Position numbers and translations under genes: made by a program. A stretch of DNA of 64,000 bases. Origin: Phoronis australis. Lineage: Eukaryota > Animalia > Phoronida. Below the pieces are notes generated by a model that did no database searches, had not been told where the DNA came from, and saw only the letters and a list, made by a program, of their open reading frames with translations. Location of the stretch: positions 105,835-169,834 of the forward strand of contig NMRA01000118.1 in assembly GCA_002633005.1 (NCBI GenBank), in the 5' to 3' direction. Shown here in pieces: positions 39,560 through 50,109 of this stretch (positions are counted from its first letter, which is position 1; each line of letters begins with the position of its first letter).

Positions 39560-41170
39560 AGGTTGCCTGGTATCTATCTAAATCACCATTATTTAATAGA
39601 ATCCTTCTTTAAATAAAAAATTCTCTTTCTAATATCATAAGAAAATGACAGAAACTGGGAATTATATTTTTACACTTGAATACGTAAACAAAATATTTTA
39701 ATTGTAAAAGAATCCAATTTAAACTATATTTTCGTTATTTGTGGGCAAGCCAAAAATCATTGTTTTTCTCAATAATCAATGTGATACTTTTTGTAGACAA
39801 CACCCAACTATCAATATCTATATATTATTGATCAATATCTATATATTATTGATCAATATCTATATATTATTGATCAATATCTATATATATCTATATATTA
39901 TTGATCGATATCTATATATTATTGATCAATATCTATATATTATTCCATTCGAAAAGGATGTGATCTACTGCAGAAAATACATACGTCAGAGTCCACAAAG
40001 TTATTTTTTAAGAAAAGAAAACTCATTGCAAGTATTCTGTGAAATATTTTAAACTGCAATACTCATAACTGAAATCAAAATTAGTTTTAAGGTACAATGA
40101 ATTTAATGTTTTCCAATCATCACTTCCAAATTTATAACCTTCTTCTTGAAATCTTTTTGGGCAATAGGAAAACTTTGTTCACACAAATAATTTCAATCAT
40201 CATTTTACATATTGACGTGTAGGTTGAAATTTACGGATATTAAAAGGTATTATTGGTCCATATATCTTAATCAACTGCATTTGTAATGGAGTTCTCAGAA
40301 ACGACGTAATAGACTCAATCAGAGAACAATATTTCGAAATCGTGTAGGTGTATTCGAGATCTTTTTAAATTCAGTAAATGAGTAAAACCTGTTATTTTCA
40401 TCAAGTAGGTCATTAATAAGAAGTACACCACCACTAGCATACTTGCTAAAGAAGATAGATTTTCTGTCTATTAGTATTTCATCATTATGCCATAAATCAT
40501 TCACGTCTTTATGGGGTTGTTTACTTATGAAAAAGGATTGGCTACTTCAGTTTGATTTTCAACATAATCATTTCCAAAATTTATAACAATTGAATTTTCA
40601 ATCCCCGTTTCAATATCAAATAGTTTCACCAATTTTGATTCAAAGATAAGTTGTCTTTTTAACTATGATTTTTAGCCTTATTAAAAATTATATTTATCAT
40701 TTTCACTCCCCCTTCTTCATAAGTTTTAATTCACACATCTCTCTTCACTCTCTCAACTTTGTTTATTCCAAATAAACTTTAAAATGCTTGCGTTCAATCC
40801 ATTCATAATAATGTCTGATGCAGTAGGCAAAGTCGTCATTAACTGAATAATTTTTGGCACCATCAAGGTCTATATCACCGTAACTTTCCCAGAAAAGTAG
40901 ATTTTTCTTCTAAACCAAATTTTGATAATGTTAATGATTTCATTAATCCTCTCATTGTAGTTGATTTCAATAATTTGTCTGGGTTAACACTGAAATTGAT
41001 ACCTAGCATCTTAAATTTTAATGCCCCATTCTAACTTCCCTCTTGCATGATGGAACACATCTTCATTTTTACTGCCCATCTAAATAACATTTGTTTTGAA
41101 ATAATTCACTCTCAAACCACACATTTCTGCATATTTATCCCATACACGTTGAATAAGTCGAGTGCAATAC
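39560..41170 (-). mobile_element. 5'-truncated, degenerate Tx1/L1-clade non-LTR retrotransposon (C-terminal ORF2)
   Basis: Minus-strand fragments IWFRRKIYFSGKVTVI, YEEGGVKMIN, LWHNDEILIDRKSIFF...GVLLINDLLDENNRFYSFTEF, NWILLQLK match the post-RT region typical of Tx1/L1 ORF2; many stops and frameshifts. Confidence 0.8.
39810..39943. repeat. 21-bp AT-rich minisatellite (atcaatatctatatattattg), about 6 copies
   Basis: Read directly; one unit is irregular. Confidence 0.95.
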
Positions 41171-41388
41171 GGCCATGTGATATTGTTTTGCGTATTGCAC
41201 TCCTGGGCAGCGTTCGAACTGCACGCTGGTACGGTGTCGCGGGGCCACTGGATTTGCGGCTGAGCCAGTGATTTTTAAAAGTTAACTTGGTACCTGGGCC
41301 AGTAAATTTTCAGACTAACTGGCCCGGCGGGGCAGCACATTTATTTGTTGAAGTTCGAACACCTTGCTGAAGTTCGAACGTCTTGAAC

Positions 41389-41709
41389 AAAACTGTTAAT
41401 TACATGAAACTTTTGTTTTATTTGCTAAATATTATATCGTCTGCAACTCAGGCGCCGAAACCTCGGTAACTACAATGTTAAATAATGTTGTTATTTAATT
41501 ATTTTAGGACATGTTACGGGTTCAATTCAAAATTACCGTTGTTTTCATCTTTGTTATCTCTTTTCAAGTAATATATCTTTTACTAGAGAAATCTTGTAAT
41601 CTTACAAGCAAGTACATACGTATTGGATGAGATCTGCCACGTGAACAGTCTCGGTGAAGTATTTGAAAATCTGAATAAAAAATGAAAGAAACTTACTAAT
41701 TCGAAACGT
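41389..41709 (+). repeat. Diverged direct repeat copy 2, containing candidate microexon 41508-41567 (MLRVQFKITVVFIFVISFQ)
   Basis: Aligns with 38773-39128; ttttag acceptor and CAA|gtaata donor. Confidence 0.65.
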
Positions 41710-42296
41710 ACGAGATAAATTCAAAACGTACATGTACCTCGATTGGCGTAGATGAAGGGACATTCCACTCGACATTATGCCTCGTGTTTACTCAGAACTT
41801 CAATAGTACCTTTCAAACTTACCCGAGAACCATCTAGGAAAAAAATGTGTCATCGGCTTACTGAATAAGCATAAATTCGTCATATCCTGTTTGAATGCCC
41901 TTAATTTTCCTGTCTTGTTTCGTCATCATTATAGCTATCCATGTATGATGTGTTTGAGTAGTGACATGGACATGTGCAACACTGGGAAATAAATATTCCT
42001 CACTGTTGTTCGATGTGTGTAAAACAAGTAAAAACTGAGTTCTCGTCAGAAGTCTTCTCAATGCAGTTTGATAACATTTCACTTAGATCTGCTGTGGCGA
42101 GACGTAGATGCGAGGTCATCCCCTTGTTACTGTTAATGTGACATTATCGGCGAGAAAAGTGATTTTCCGAGAACAGACGCAACCTGTAACCCGCTGTAGC
42201 AGTCACATGCACTCTGCTGGCGGCCCCACTCGATCAATGGGAAATTATTTTAAGAGAGACATATGGGTCTGGCCGTAAACGAGAGATTATGACCAC

Positions 42297-42432
42297 TTTC
42301 CAATTGGCAAGTACTGTACAGTAAATGTCCCTGGTGAGAATTTGTGACTATAGTAAAACGACCAACGAGGTTGGATACATAGAACAAGAATGGACACTGG
42401 TTTATTAAGCTAGTACGTATATGTATATACAA

Positions 42433-42484
<52 letters not shown>

Positions 42485-42970
42485 TATTCGCAGTATCGCT
42501 CTTACCACTCCAAGCCAAATGTCTCGTATGCGTGAAATCAAATCAAATTTGTATAAGTAGTCATTCGACGTGATATTTTTTGGATTTTCTAATAACAAAA
42601 TTAAACTTGCCCAAACTTGCACCACCGATTTCTTCAAATGACGGCTGGGAGGTGGCAGTCAACCAAAAGGTTATCTTCGCAGTACCGCCAGTGTAGGTTT
42701 CTATTGCGAAGACTTGGTATTTAATGAAGGGTTTAATATCAGATGTAATAAGATAACTGCGCAAAGTTGTCATGTGACGTACTAGCCCTTGAGAAAGTTC
42801 CTATCCTTGTCTGTGTTGAGAGTGGATGGACAAATGCACAGTTGGCCTCTGGAATCAGGACAAGTGTTGCCTGCAACCTTACAACACGATGCCTGTGGTA
42901 AGCTACCGAAAATATCTCGGGGAGCATAGCAGATGTTTTCATACAGATTTCACTTTATTGCTCCTTTAAT
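42297..42970 (-). pseudogene. Degenerate C-type lectin-like domain
   Basis: cacgcag| CALIKGAIK*NLYENICY ... QASCC ... KDRNFLKG* ... TFWLTA ... NQCPF ... STCQLE, which follows the CTL pattern CxxxW-x-YxxxCY / FW / C / CQ; interrupted by stops and (CA)n. Confidence 0.4.
42434..42483. repeat. (CA)n microsatellite
   Basis: Read directly. Confidence 0.99.
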
Positions 42971-43225
42971 TAGTGCACATCTGCGTGATTAAACCATAAT
43001 TGCGTGTATAGCTTATTCGACTCTGAGGCTATCGGGATGGTCAGATAATTCAAGGGTAGCAGCAATTCGCTGGGGCCTTTAAATAAGTAGCCAATTAAAG
43101 CTATCTCGGTTTTGAGACCGAGTAACTGGATCAGTCAGATCTTCTTTCGCTAGCACGTACACTGCATGGTTTTGTTGGGAATTGAATTTCTATGTATTAA
43201 TCATATTTGTTTGTATCAACATAGA

Positions 43226-43618
43226 ACTTGTCCCCAAGATTCTATTCTACACCAGGGGAACTATGTCTGAGATCATTGACATGGGGTATGTGCCTGCTGA
43301 CTTGTGTGAGTTTTACTGTACAGGAGTAGTCACCGCATGTTTATCATTGCTCACACCTGAAAGCTCACTGATATTCTAATAGTTGATTTAATTAACGGAT
43401 ATCGTCTTCGGCGAACTCTTTTGAGACTGATTCAATTATTTCCGGGTATGACGGAGAAAGATTTCCTTCGTATAACCTTTACTGTCACCATAAACGAGTT
43501 TTTATGGATATAAAAGCATGGCTAGAGGGGACGAACTGGAAATCCTTCCATAACATTCAGCAATTTACCCTGACACTAACTTCACATTCCTGCTCCGAAA
43601 CGTTGTGTCGAAGTGCAT
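43226..43618 (+). pseudogene. Degenerate C-type lectin-like exon
   Basis: acatag| TCPQDSILHQGNY ... LCEFYC...ACLSLLTPE ... WLEGTNWKSFHN ... KRCVEVH |gtaagt, across frameshifts. Confidence 0.35.
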
Positions 43619-44569
43619 GTAAGTTTCTCGCGTTGACACTTTTTCGCCAAATCCCAACCAAAATTGTTCGGATGGCATCTTGAAAATACACCATGGCAGA
43701 TCTCCGTTTGTTCACTTGGTAATATCACATAAACATATAAATTCACTGCACGATAGATGGACCAAATAAGGTAGAGTCATAGCTTAATGTTTGCTCCTCT
43801 CCAACAATTGTCACTCTAGGCTCCGCAGTTCTTACAGAAGTGTTGTTAAGTTCCTCCGCGACCTGGACATCTGGCTGTGATACCTCATTAAATTACAAAG
43901 CAACGACCGATACGAAGGGTGATCATTGAAACAAAGGATGAGACATATAGAATTTCCGTTAACTCTCAATCCCATACTTTCATTCAGAAGACAACAAAAT
44001 AAAACCCATCTCTTGTTTTCATCTGTATAGATAGTCACAGCAGACAGATTTTTTTCTTTTCTGATCGTACGTTGCATCACCACTGTGTTCCTTGTGTGTG
44101 CAGAACAACCTCCCCCCAATGACCCAATGCAGCCACCTGCCAGTACATTTAAAACCCCAATTCTGCTGGGGTGGGAATTCAGAGGTAGGACTACTTGAAC
44201 TGGGGCAGAGAAAAAGATTCCTTCTCATGGTACTTTTGCTGGCCGGAATATTCAGCGGCGGTGATACTGCCGGTGCTTTTACTCAGTAGTAACCCTGAGT
44301 ACTTGTAGTGACAGTGCCATGGTGCAGCCAGCAGAGGTTGCGGATCAGTAAAGCAGTATTGCGCACTGAACTGCTGACGTATCGCAAGTCAGTGTCATCA
44401 CTACTCAAATCCAGCTGAGGCAGCAGAGCTTTCACCTGGCAGCACAAATTTTCAACGAACATTCGATCACACAGAGAGCCTGAACCAATTAAACTAGAAA
44501 CAGCACGTCAATGACGTTTCCATGTTCCCTTTCGTGTCAGTTTCTCAGCTGCTGCTTTTTCTTTTCAGA

Positions 44570-45930
44570 TGCTTCGCCAGTTACGTCGCTCATCCACCTC
44601 ACCTTATTCGCTCATCGCCAGCAACTGCGTGACCATCTGCATCGTCTTCACCTTCCTCCACCCCGCCTTCTGCACCGGCACCGGACCCTTCCGCCATGGT
44701 CTCGTCAGCAACTCCGTCAGGATCCACCTGTCCTCTCCGCTCCGCCATCCGCATCATCGCCACCACCATCTGCTCCATCAGTCTCCACTCTACAGCCACA
44801 AGCACTGCCTCTTCAATCAACCGTCCATCCGCCGATCCTAGGACAGCCGTCGCTCCTGCATGACGGTGTGCCGGGAGTTTGGGTGGGAGAAAGAAGTCTG
44901 CGACATTGCTGGTCATCAAACATGGCACCCCTCCAACCCCCCCCCTCCCGTGTCCATGGCAGCACAGTCCTTCAACATCGCCCACCTCTACTCCTCTGCT
45001 TTTTCATCGATGGCCATACACTCCTATATTTCGGCTCTCAGTTTCGTCTATAAGATAAAATCCCTACCTGACCCTACCTCTTCTTTCTACATTCGCAACC
45101 TCAGCTCAGACCAGCTTTCCCTCACCTCCTCTTATCCCCGGTGTCAGTATTGCCTGCACCTTCCCCTTTGATAGCATCCCCTTCGTATCCGTACATTGTT
45201 AGTCTCATTCGTAAATTGTTATCTATATTTGTTATTTCTTAGGTTACTTAACTTGTCCGTCTATCCTCACTGTTAGCCATTTTGTTAAGCCACTGGCTAT
45301 ATATTGTGTTCAGTTACCTTTCACTTGTTACTCTACCTCTATTAGCCAATTTTTGCCAGCTTTAGCTCTGTTATGTTAGCTGTCCTTACACCATCTTTGT
45401 TTTTTTTTGTGTATGTCTTTCGTTTTAGAGTGTTACTCTTCCTCTGCTAGTCACCTTTGTCTGTTAGCCATTTTGATTCTGTTTTTCGCTGTATTTTAAT
45501 TTTTCGTTTCTCTTCCGTTTACTTTACATTTTGATATCACTCTCTCCATGTTTCTCAGTTTTTACAATTCTTCAAGTTTTAGCTTACCTTTTATTTTGTT
45601 TTCTGATATTTTAGTTCTTAGCACATTTTTGGTTTCTCGAACTCCATTTATTCCCGCCATGACACGGGGTGAGACAACACCGGCGCCTGTTCCAACCATG
45701 GGCAATCGCACCCGGAGTTAGGGTTGGGCATCCGGCTGACAGCACTTGTAAGTAGTCCTACATATCTTTCATTTCATTTCTCTCGTTTCGTGCGTACCTG
45801 CGGATGGGCAGGAGCTGTCTTACAACATCTCTCGTGGCGCTTTTTATTGCCCATCTTACCAGAGATTATCATTTTTTATTTTAGTATCTGTATTCACTAT
45901 AATGTAATTCTATTCGTCATAATAAATGAT
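44570..45930 (+). mobile_element. DIRS/Ngaro-like tyrosine-recombinase retrotransposon relic
   Basis: IAHLYSSAFSSMAIHSYISALSFVYKIKSLPDPTSSFYIR (about 44976-45096) resembles the N-terminal core-binding part of DIRS-type YR; Pro/Ser-rich upstream frame and T-rich downstream region; boundaries approximate. Confidence 0.55.
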
Positions 45931-46665
45931 CTTACGCGAACAAAGTATGGTGTAATAGCAACATAAAGGGGAAACGAACCAGATAGGTTATATGACAAGA
46001 TAAACCAACAAGGAAATTACTTCAATGATTTAAAAGACCTCTGTCCTATACCATAGCACTCTAGCTCTGGAATGCCAACTTCGATCTCTAGCTGTTGAGG
46101 TTGCGCCCTTCACGCGTGGAATTAGTTTGCATTCGTTTGTTCCGGCGTTGGTTTTTGGCATGAAATTCACTGTCTCTAAAACTTTTCGCAACTCCGCCGT
46201 GTTTAAACCAAATTGCATAAGAGTAATATCATGAGAAAACCCTTTATGAGTTCTTGGTGATTTATGATTATACCATATGCAAAATATAAATTATTTAATT
46301 CATTAATAAATTATCATTTCGCAGACCTGACAGCTTTAAAAAATATGTAAAGCTAAGAGTGTTACCAAAACGGGAAAAATAACAGGTGTAATAGTAACAT
46401 AAAAAGCGAAATGAACCAGAGAGGTTATATAAATGACTTGTTAAGCGCAGCAGGGAAGTTAAAGATTTTTGAAGATCGATCACTCACACTTGCTGTAAAG
46501 AATTTAGTCAGGCATTCATTAAAAAATTATAAAATCTTTATATACTAAAGTTTTGTAGGACCTTATCGGCAAGTCTGTACATTAAGTCAAACATCTAGAA
46601 AACTATAGGTTTTAAGTCTGCACAACCATACATGTATATTTTCTGAAAATAGAAATTCCGTAGAA

Positions 46666-47007
46666 TTTGATTTTTGACTTTATACCTGGTTGCCACTAAG
46701 TCGTTCACTTGACCGTGCTTTTTAAGAAAATAGACCACTGCCGGTATCTTAGTTTCCGTCTAAAGTTATTTTCGATTTTTCGCAAGTTTAATCGTCAGGA
46801 TATTCTAACTCAATAGCAATTTTATTCACTTACTTTGATTTTTGACTTTATACCTGGTTGCCACTAAGTAGTTCACGTGACCGTGCTTTTTAGGAAAATA
46901 GACCACTGCCGGTATCTTAGTTTCCGTCTAAAGTTATTTTCGATTTTTCGCAAGTTCAATTGTCAGGATATTCTAACTCTATAGCAATTTTATTCACTTA
47001 CTTTGAT
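46666..47007. repeat. Near-perfect tandem duplication of a 168-bp unit
   Basis: Units start at 46666 and 46834 (tttgatttttgactttatacctggttgccactaag...); few substitutions. Confidence 0.95.
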
Positions 47008-47384
47008 GTTGCGTGCTCGTTAATCGTTGTTCTATTTATACTGTTTGCTTACCAGAGTTAGTTACACCCAGTAACACACGCTTAGCGTAGTCCGCCATAG
47101 TCGGTCTTGTTAGTCAATCGTTGACATAGGACTTTGACTAGCCCGTAATTTTATGCAAGTGTCGGAAACTATCTTTGTATGTATACGGCGTTTATGATTT
47201 GAACCATTTATTCCGATAAAACAGCCGGGGACGGCATGCCTTTGTATTTTGTCAGTGCAAGTGGTCTCAATCGGTCTGCACTGGGTCATCGCCTCCAGGT
47301 CCAAGTCCGGCAAAATAATTTCTGTCAGAATTTATTTTGTCAACATTTTCTGTACAAATTGTCCCTGTTTTGGTTTTAGTAAAG

Positions 47385-48005
47385 TTAAGGTCCACTATCT
47401 ATGGTTTCAAGTACTGGGACATTGGTGAATAACGATTCTGCATCCAGTGACATTGGTTGGCAGCCAGTAATAGGTACACTGGTACACACAATCTCAAGGA
47501 AGTCTTCACGTGACTTGATATTATACTGACTTTGAATATACGGCTTTATAATCTGATCAATACATTTAGACACTTTATATGTAGGTGTTAATACTTGAGA
47601 AATGACAGGTCTCATTGAATTATTAACCTTGTGCGTCTTAGGGTTGCCATAAAGACAACCTTCAGAGAAATCACCTTCGATCTCATTAAAGATCTTCTTA
47701 CTTGCTTGTCTATTCACCGTCTTGATATGACTGTTGAGATCCCATTGTAGATCAAGTATGGTCGTACGACTAACAGACACAAACTTAATGGTATCGCTTG
47801 TTAACTGAGTAAGTTTGTCAACATAATCACTGCTGTCCAGAATTACATATTGATTGGACTTATCAGCTCGACCAATTGTAATATTTTTGTTTTCTTTCAA
47901 ACGTTCGGCAGCATCAGTAAGACGACGTGGTAGAGTGCGTTGACAACCATTACTAAGACACTTAGTGCTTTTCCGCTCTTAGCTGGTCGCGGATATCAGG
48001 ATTTA
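47385..48005 (-). mobile_element. Penelope-like element reverse transcriptase N-terminal fragment
   Basis: RADKSNQYVILDSSDYVDKL, LYGNPKTHK..MRPVISQ..TPTYKVSK, SLDAESLFTNVPV.ETI are PLE RT motifs; truncated before the catalytic YxDD. Confidence 0.9.
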
Positions 48006-49966
48006 TTTGTGAAATGTTCTGTACGGGCCGCCTTGTCGCGTAACTTGAAATCACTATAATATTTGCTAACTTTAGTTGTAACATTTGACATCACCATGTT
48101 ACAAAAATAGTCTCTGAATATTTTTTTCTTGCCCACTAGGCTTAACTTAGACGGGTGAAAGAACACGTCATCGATATTCTTGGGGAAGTGCACCCACGGC
48201 TGATTCCGGTAAGCGTCCCAGTATCCATCTCCGGACAAGATTTGAACATCGTTATCGAAGTTGTCAGCCAAACAATTCATGATCATGGGAATAGCAATTT
48301 CCATATAAACGCCATGGTCAAGAAACAATTTTGATAAAACGTGATACTTGTCAATAAATCTTTCCGGAATGTAAAACAAGTCAGTTGCCTGCTTGCCACT
48401 TATCACGTGATAAGCACCATGATTGAGAGTATTTTTGTCAGCACACTTTCGCATAAGAACGTTGTTGTCATTCATTGCCCGTAGCACTTGTTTCTTAAAC
48501 ACGTTCCACCACATCCATGTAGAAGGAGCAGAACAGTTAAAACACGTTGTACCATCACGTGATTGGAAATATGGACTTCTGATCAATTTGACCTTCGAAC
48601 AATCTACTTGATGACATTCCTTACCAGTTCGAATATCTGCAAGGCAGCCAACAATAGTAGGATTACATCCAGATTGCTCCGTCCACATTTTGTTACTTGA
48701 AAACTTGTCCATGTTCCAAAAGTTGAGCATGACATCATCTCCCATAACAAGATAACCTTTAAATTCACTGTAATTCATATCTAACGCCTTTTTTAAGCAC
48801 CCATAATTCATCAGTCCATCGTGCATGCTAAGGACCGTGCCGTCACGATATCTCGTTACAAATGACACATCAAATTCCTCGAAAAACTTGCTGGATGGCA
48901 ACGTTGGGCCGCAGTACAATATATTTGGAAAGACAGGCCTATAGATGGCTTCAGTGAAGGCTACAGAAGAACGATAGTACGCGGCATCGTTAAACCAAAC
49001 TAAAAGTAGTAGCGACCTGTGTTTATCTCTCCATGACCTGATGATTTGCTGGGTATACGCTGGGAACTTAGCATATGGGCATGTAGATGTGACCAGTTTG
49101 TTGGACTGCTCCTGGTGAAGGTACGTCGGCGCTGGCTGTCTTGATTCTTCAAGATCAGCCATCTCAGAAGGAAAGAACATGTATGGCGAAGCAGAATCAC
49201 AAGTCATCTCTGAGAGGCGTGGTCGATTAGATTTTCCATTCGCTAACTCCTTCCAATCGTCCAACCAGTCCATGAAAGACCGTTTTATTTCAAGGTCAAA
49301 TATTTCGTCTCTCACAAATTCGCTAAGTAGACGTGTTGCACACTCTATCCGTGATAGTCCGTCACACTTTACTTGGGAACAAAACAATGATTCCAAAGTT
49401 TTCGTAGCTTTATTCCAAGTTTTACGCTCAGGTTTAGGAAACATGGTGTTATTGCCGTCAGTCACACAGCCGGGGGCAAAGATGATATATGATTGCGAAC
49501 GTTTGTATAAGATTTGCATAAAATAAGACCATGATAGAGCTCTGTCCCAATTGCTCTCAGAGTCGACAATCACGAAGCCAAGCCACAGAAAATCTTTACT
49601 CAGCATAGTATTCGACATGCTGTGGTTATAGAAGGTCACGTGATTAGATAAGAGAAAGGGTGAGCTACTTCCGTTGTTAGTCATCAAGTGATCATTTGGT
49701 ACCCGGCTTCTGTCATTATCCACAAATGTAAAGGTCGCAGATGGATTTGTTATATTGCACATTTCATAGGCAGCACCCCCAGAGCGAAGACACCTGGCTG
49801 TCGGTGACAACTTGCACCAAAAGTGTTGGGAAGGGTCAAAAACAGCAGAACACCTCGTTTGCTTATTTGTCATCAGGAAGGTCTTCCTAAATGATTTGTG
49901 GTATTCTTGTACTTTCACTAGACGTCCGTTTCTGGTGTGGCCGACGTATATGGATTGTGCACCATT
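47996..49966 (-). CDS. STELLO/DUF288-like glycosyltransferase, large 3' exon
   Basis: A 2-kb open frame with LLLVWFN...IYRPVFPNILYCGP, YGCLKKA...FKGYLVMGDDVMLNFWN, DLFYIP...F..HGVYMEIAIP, FFHPSK, plus an upstream NTML...FLW...DWLDDW segment. No ATG at the ORF start (TTG, stop at 50033-35), but a good acceptor tgttgtttcag at 49967. Confidence 0.8.
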   Translation of the reverse strand, partial: NGAQSIYVGHTRNGRLVKVQEYHKSFRKTFLMTNKQTRCSAVFDPSQHFWCKLSPTARCLRSGGAAYEMCNITNPSATFTFVDNDRSRVPNDHLMTNNGSSSPFLLSNHVTFYNHSMSNTMLSKDFLWLGFVIVDSESNWDRALSWSYFMQILYKRSQSYIIFAPGCVTDGNNTMFPKPERKTWNKATKTLESLFCSQVKCDGLSRIECATRLLSEFVRDEIFDLEIKRSFMDWLDDWKELANGKSNRPRLSEMTCDSASPYMFFPSEMADLEESRQPAPTYLHQEQSNKLVTSTCPYAKFPAYTQQIIRSWRDKHRSLLLLVWFNDAAYYRSSVAFTEAIYRPVFPNILYCGPTLPSSKFFEEFDVSFVTRYRDGTVLSMHDGLMNYGCLKKALDMNYSEFKGYLVMGDDVMLNFWNMDKFSSNKMWTEQSGCNPTIVGCLADIRTGKECHQVDCSKVKLIRSPYFQSRDGTTCFNCSAPSTWMWWNVFKKQVLRAMNDNNVLMRKCADKNTLNHGAYHVISGKQATDLFYIPERFIDKYHVLSKLFLDHGVYMEIAIPMIMNCLADNFDNDVQILSGDGYWDAYRNQPWVHFPKNIDDVFFHPSKLSLVGKKKIFRDYFCNMVMSNVTTKVSKYYSDFKLRDKAARTEHFTNKS

Positions 49967-50109
49967 CTGAAACAACAGCAACGTTTTGTACCAAAGCAAA
50001 CCATGTAAACGTTTTATTTTCGCACTTGAGATTTATCTCAACGCCACATGCTGCAGCCTGCCCATTTATAATCAGTCCTACACTGAATGTTTGACCATGT
50101 GACTCATAA

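Noticed and set aside
39810-39943. CRISPR-like array
   Set aside because: Tandem units without spacers, in a eukaryotic context
44599-44985. 128-aa Ala/Gly/Glu-rich minus-strand ORF
   Set aside because: Shadow ORF of the C-rich retroelement relic on the plus strand
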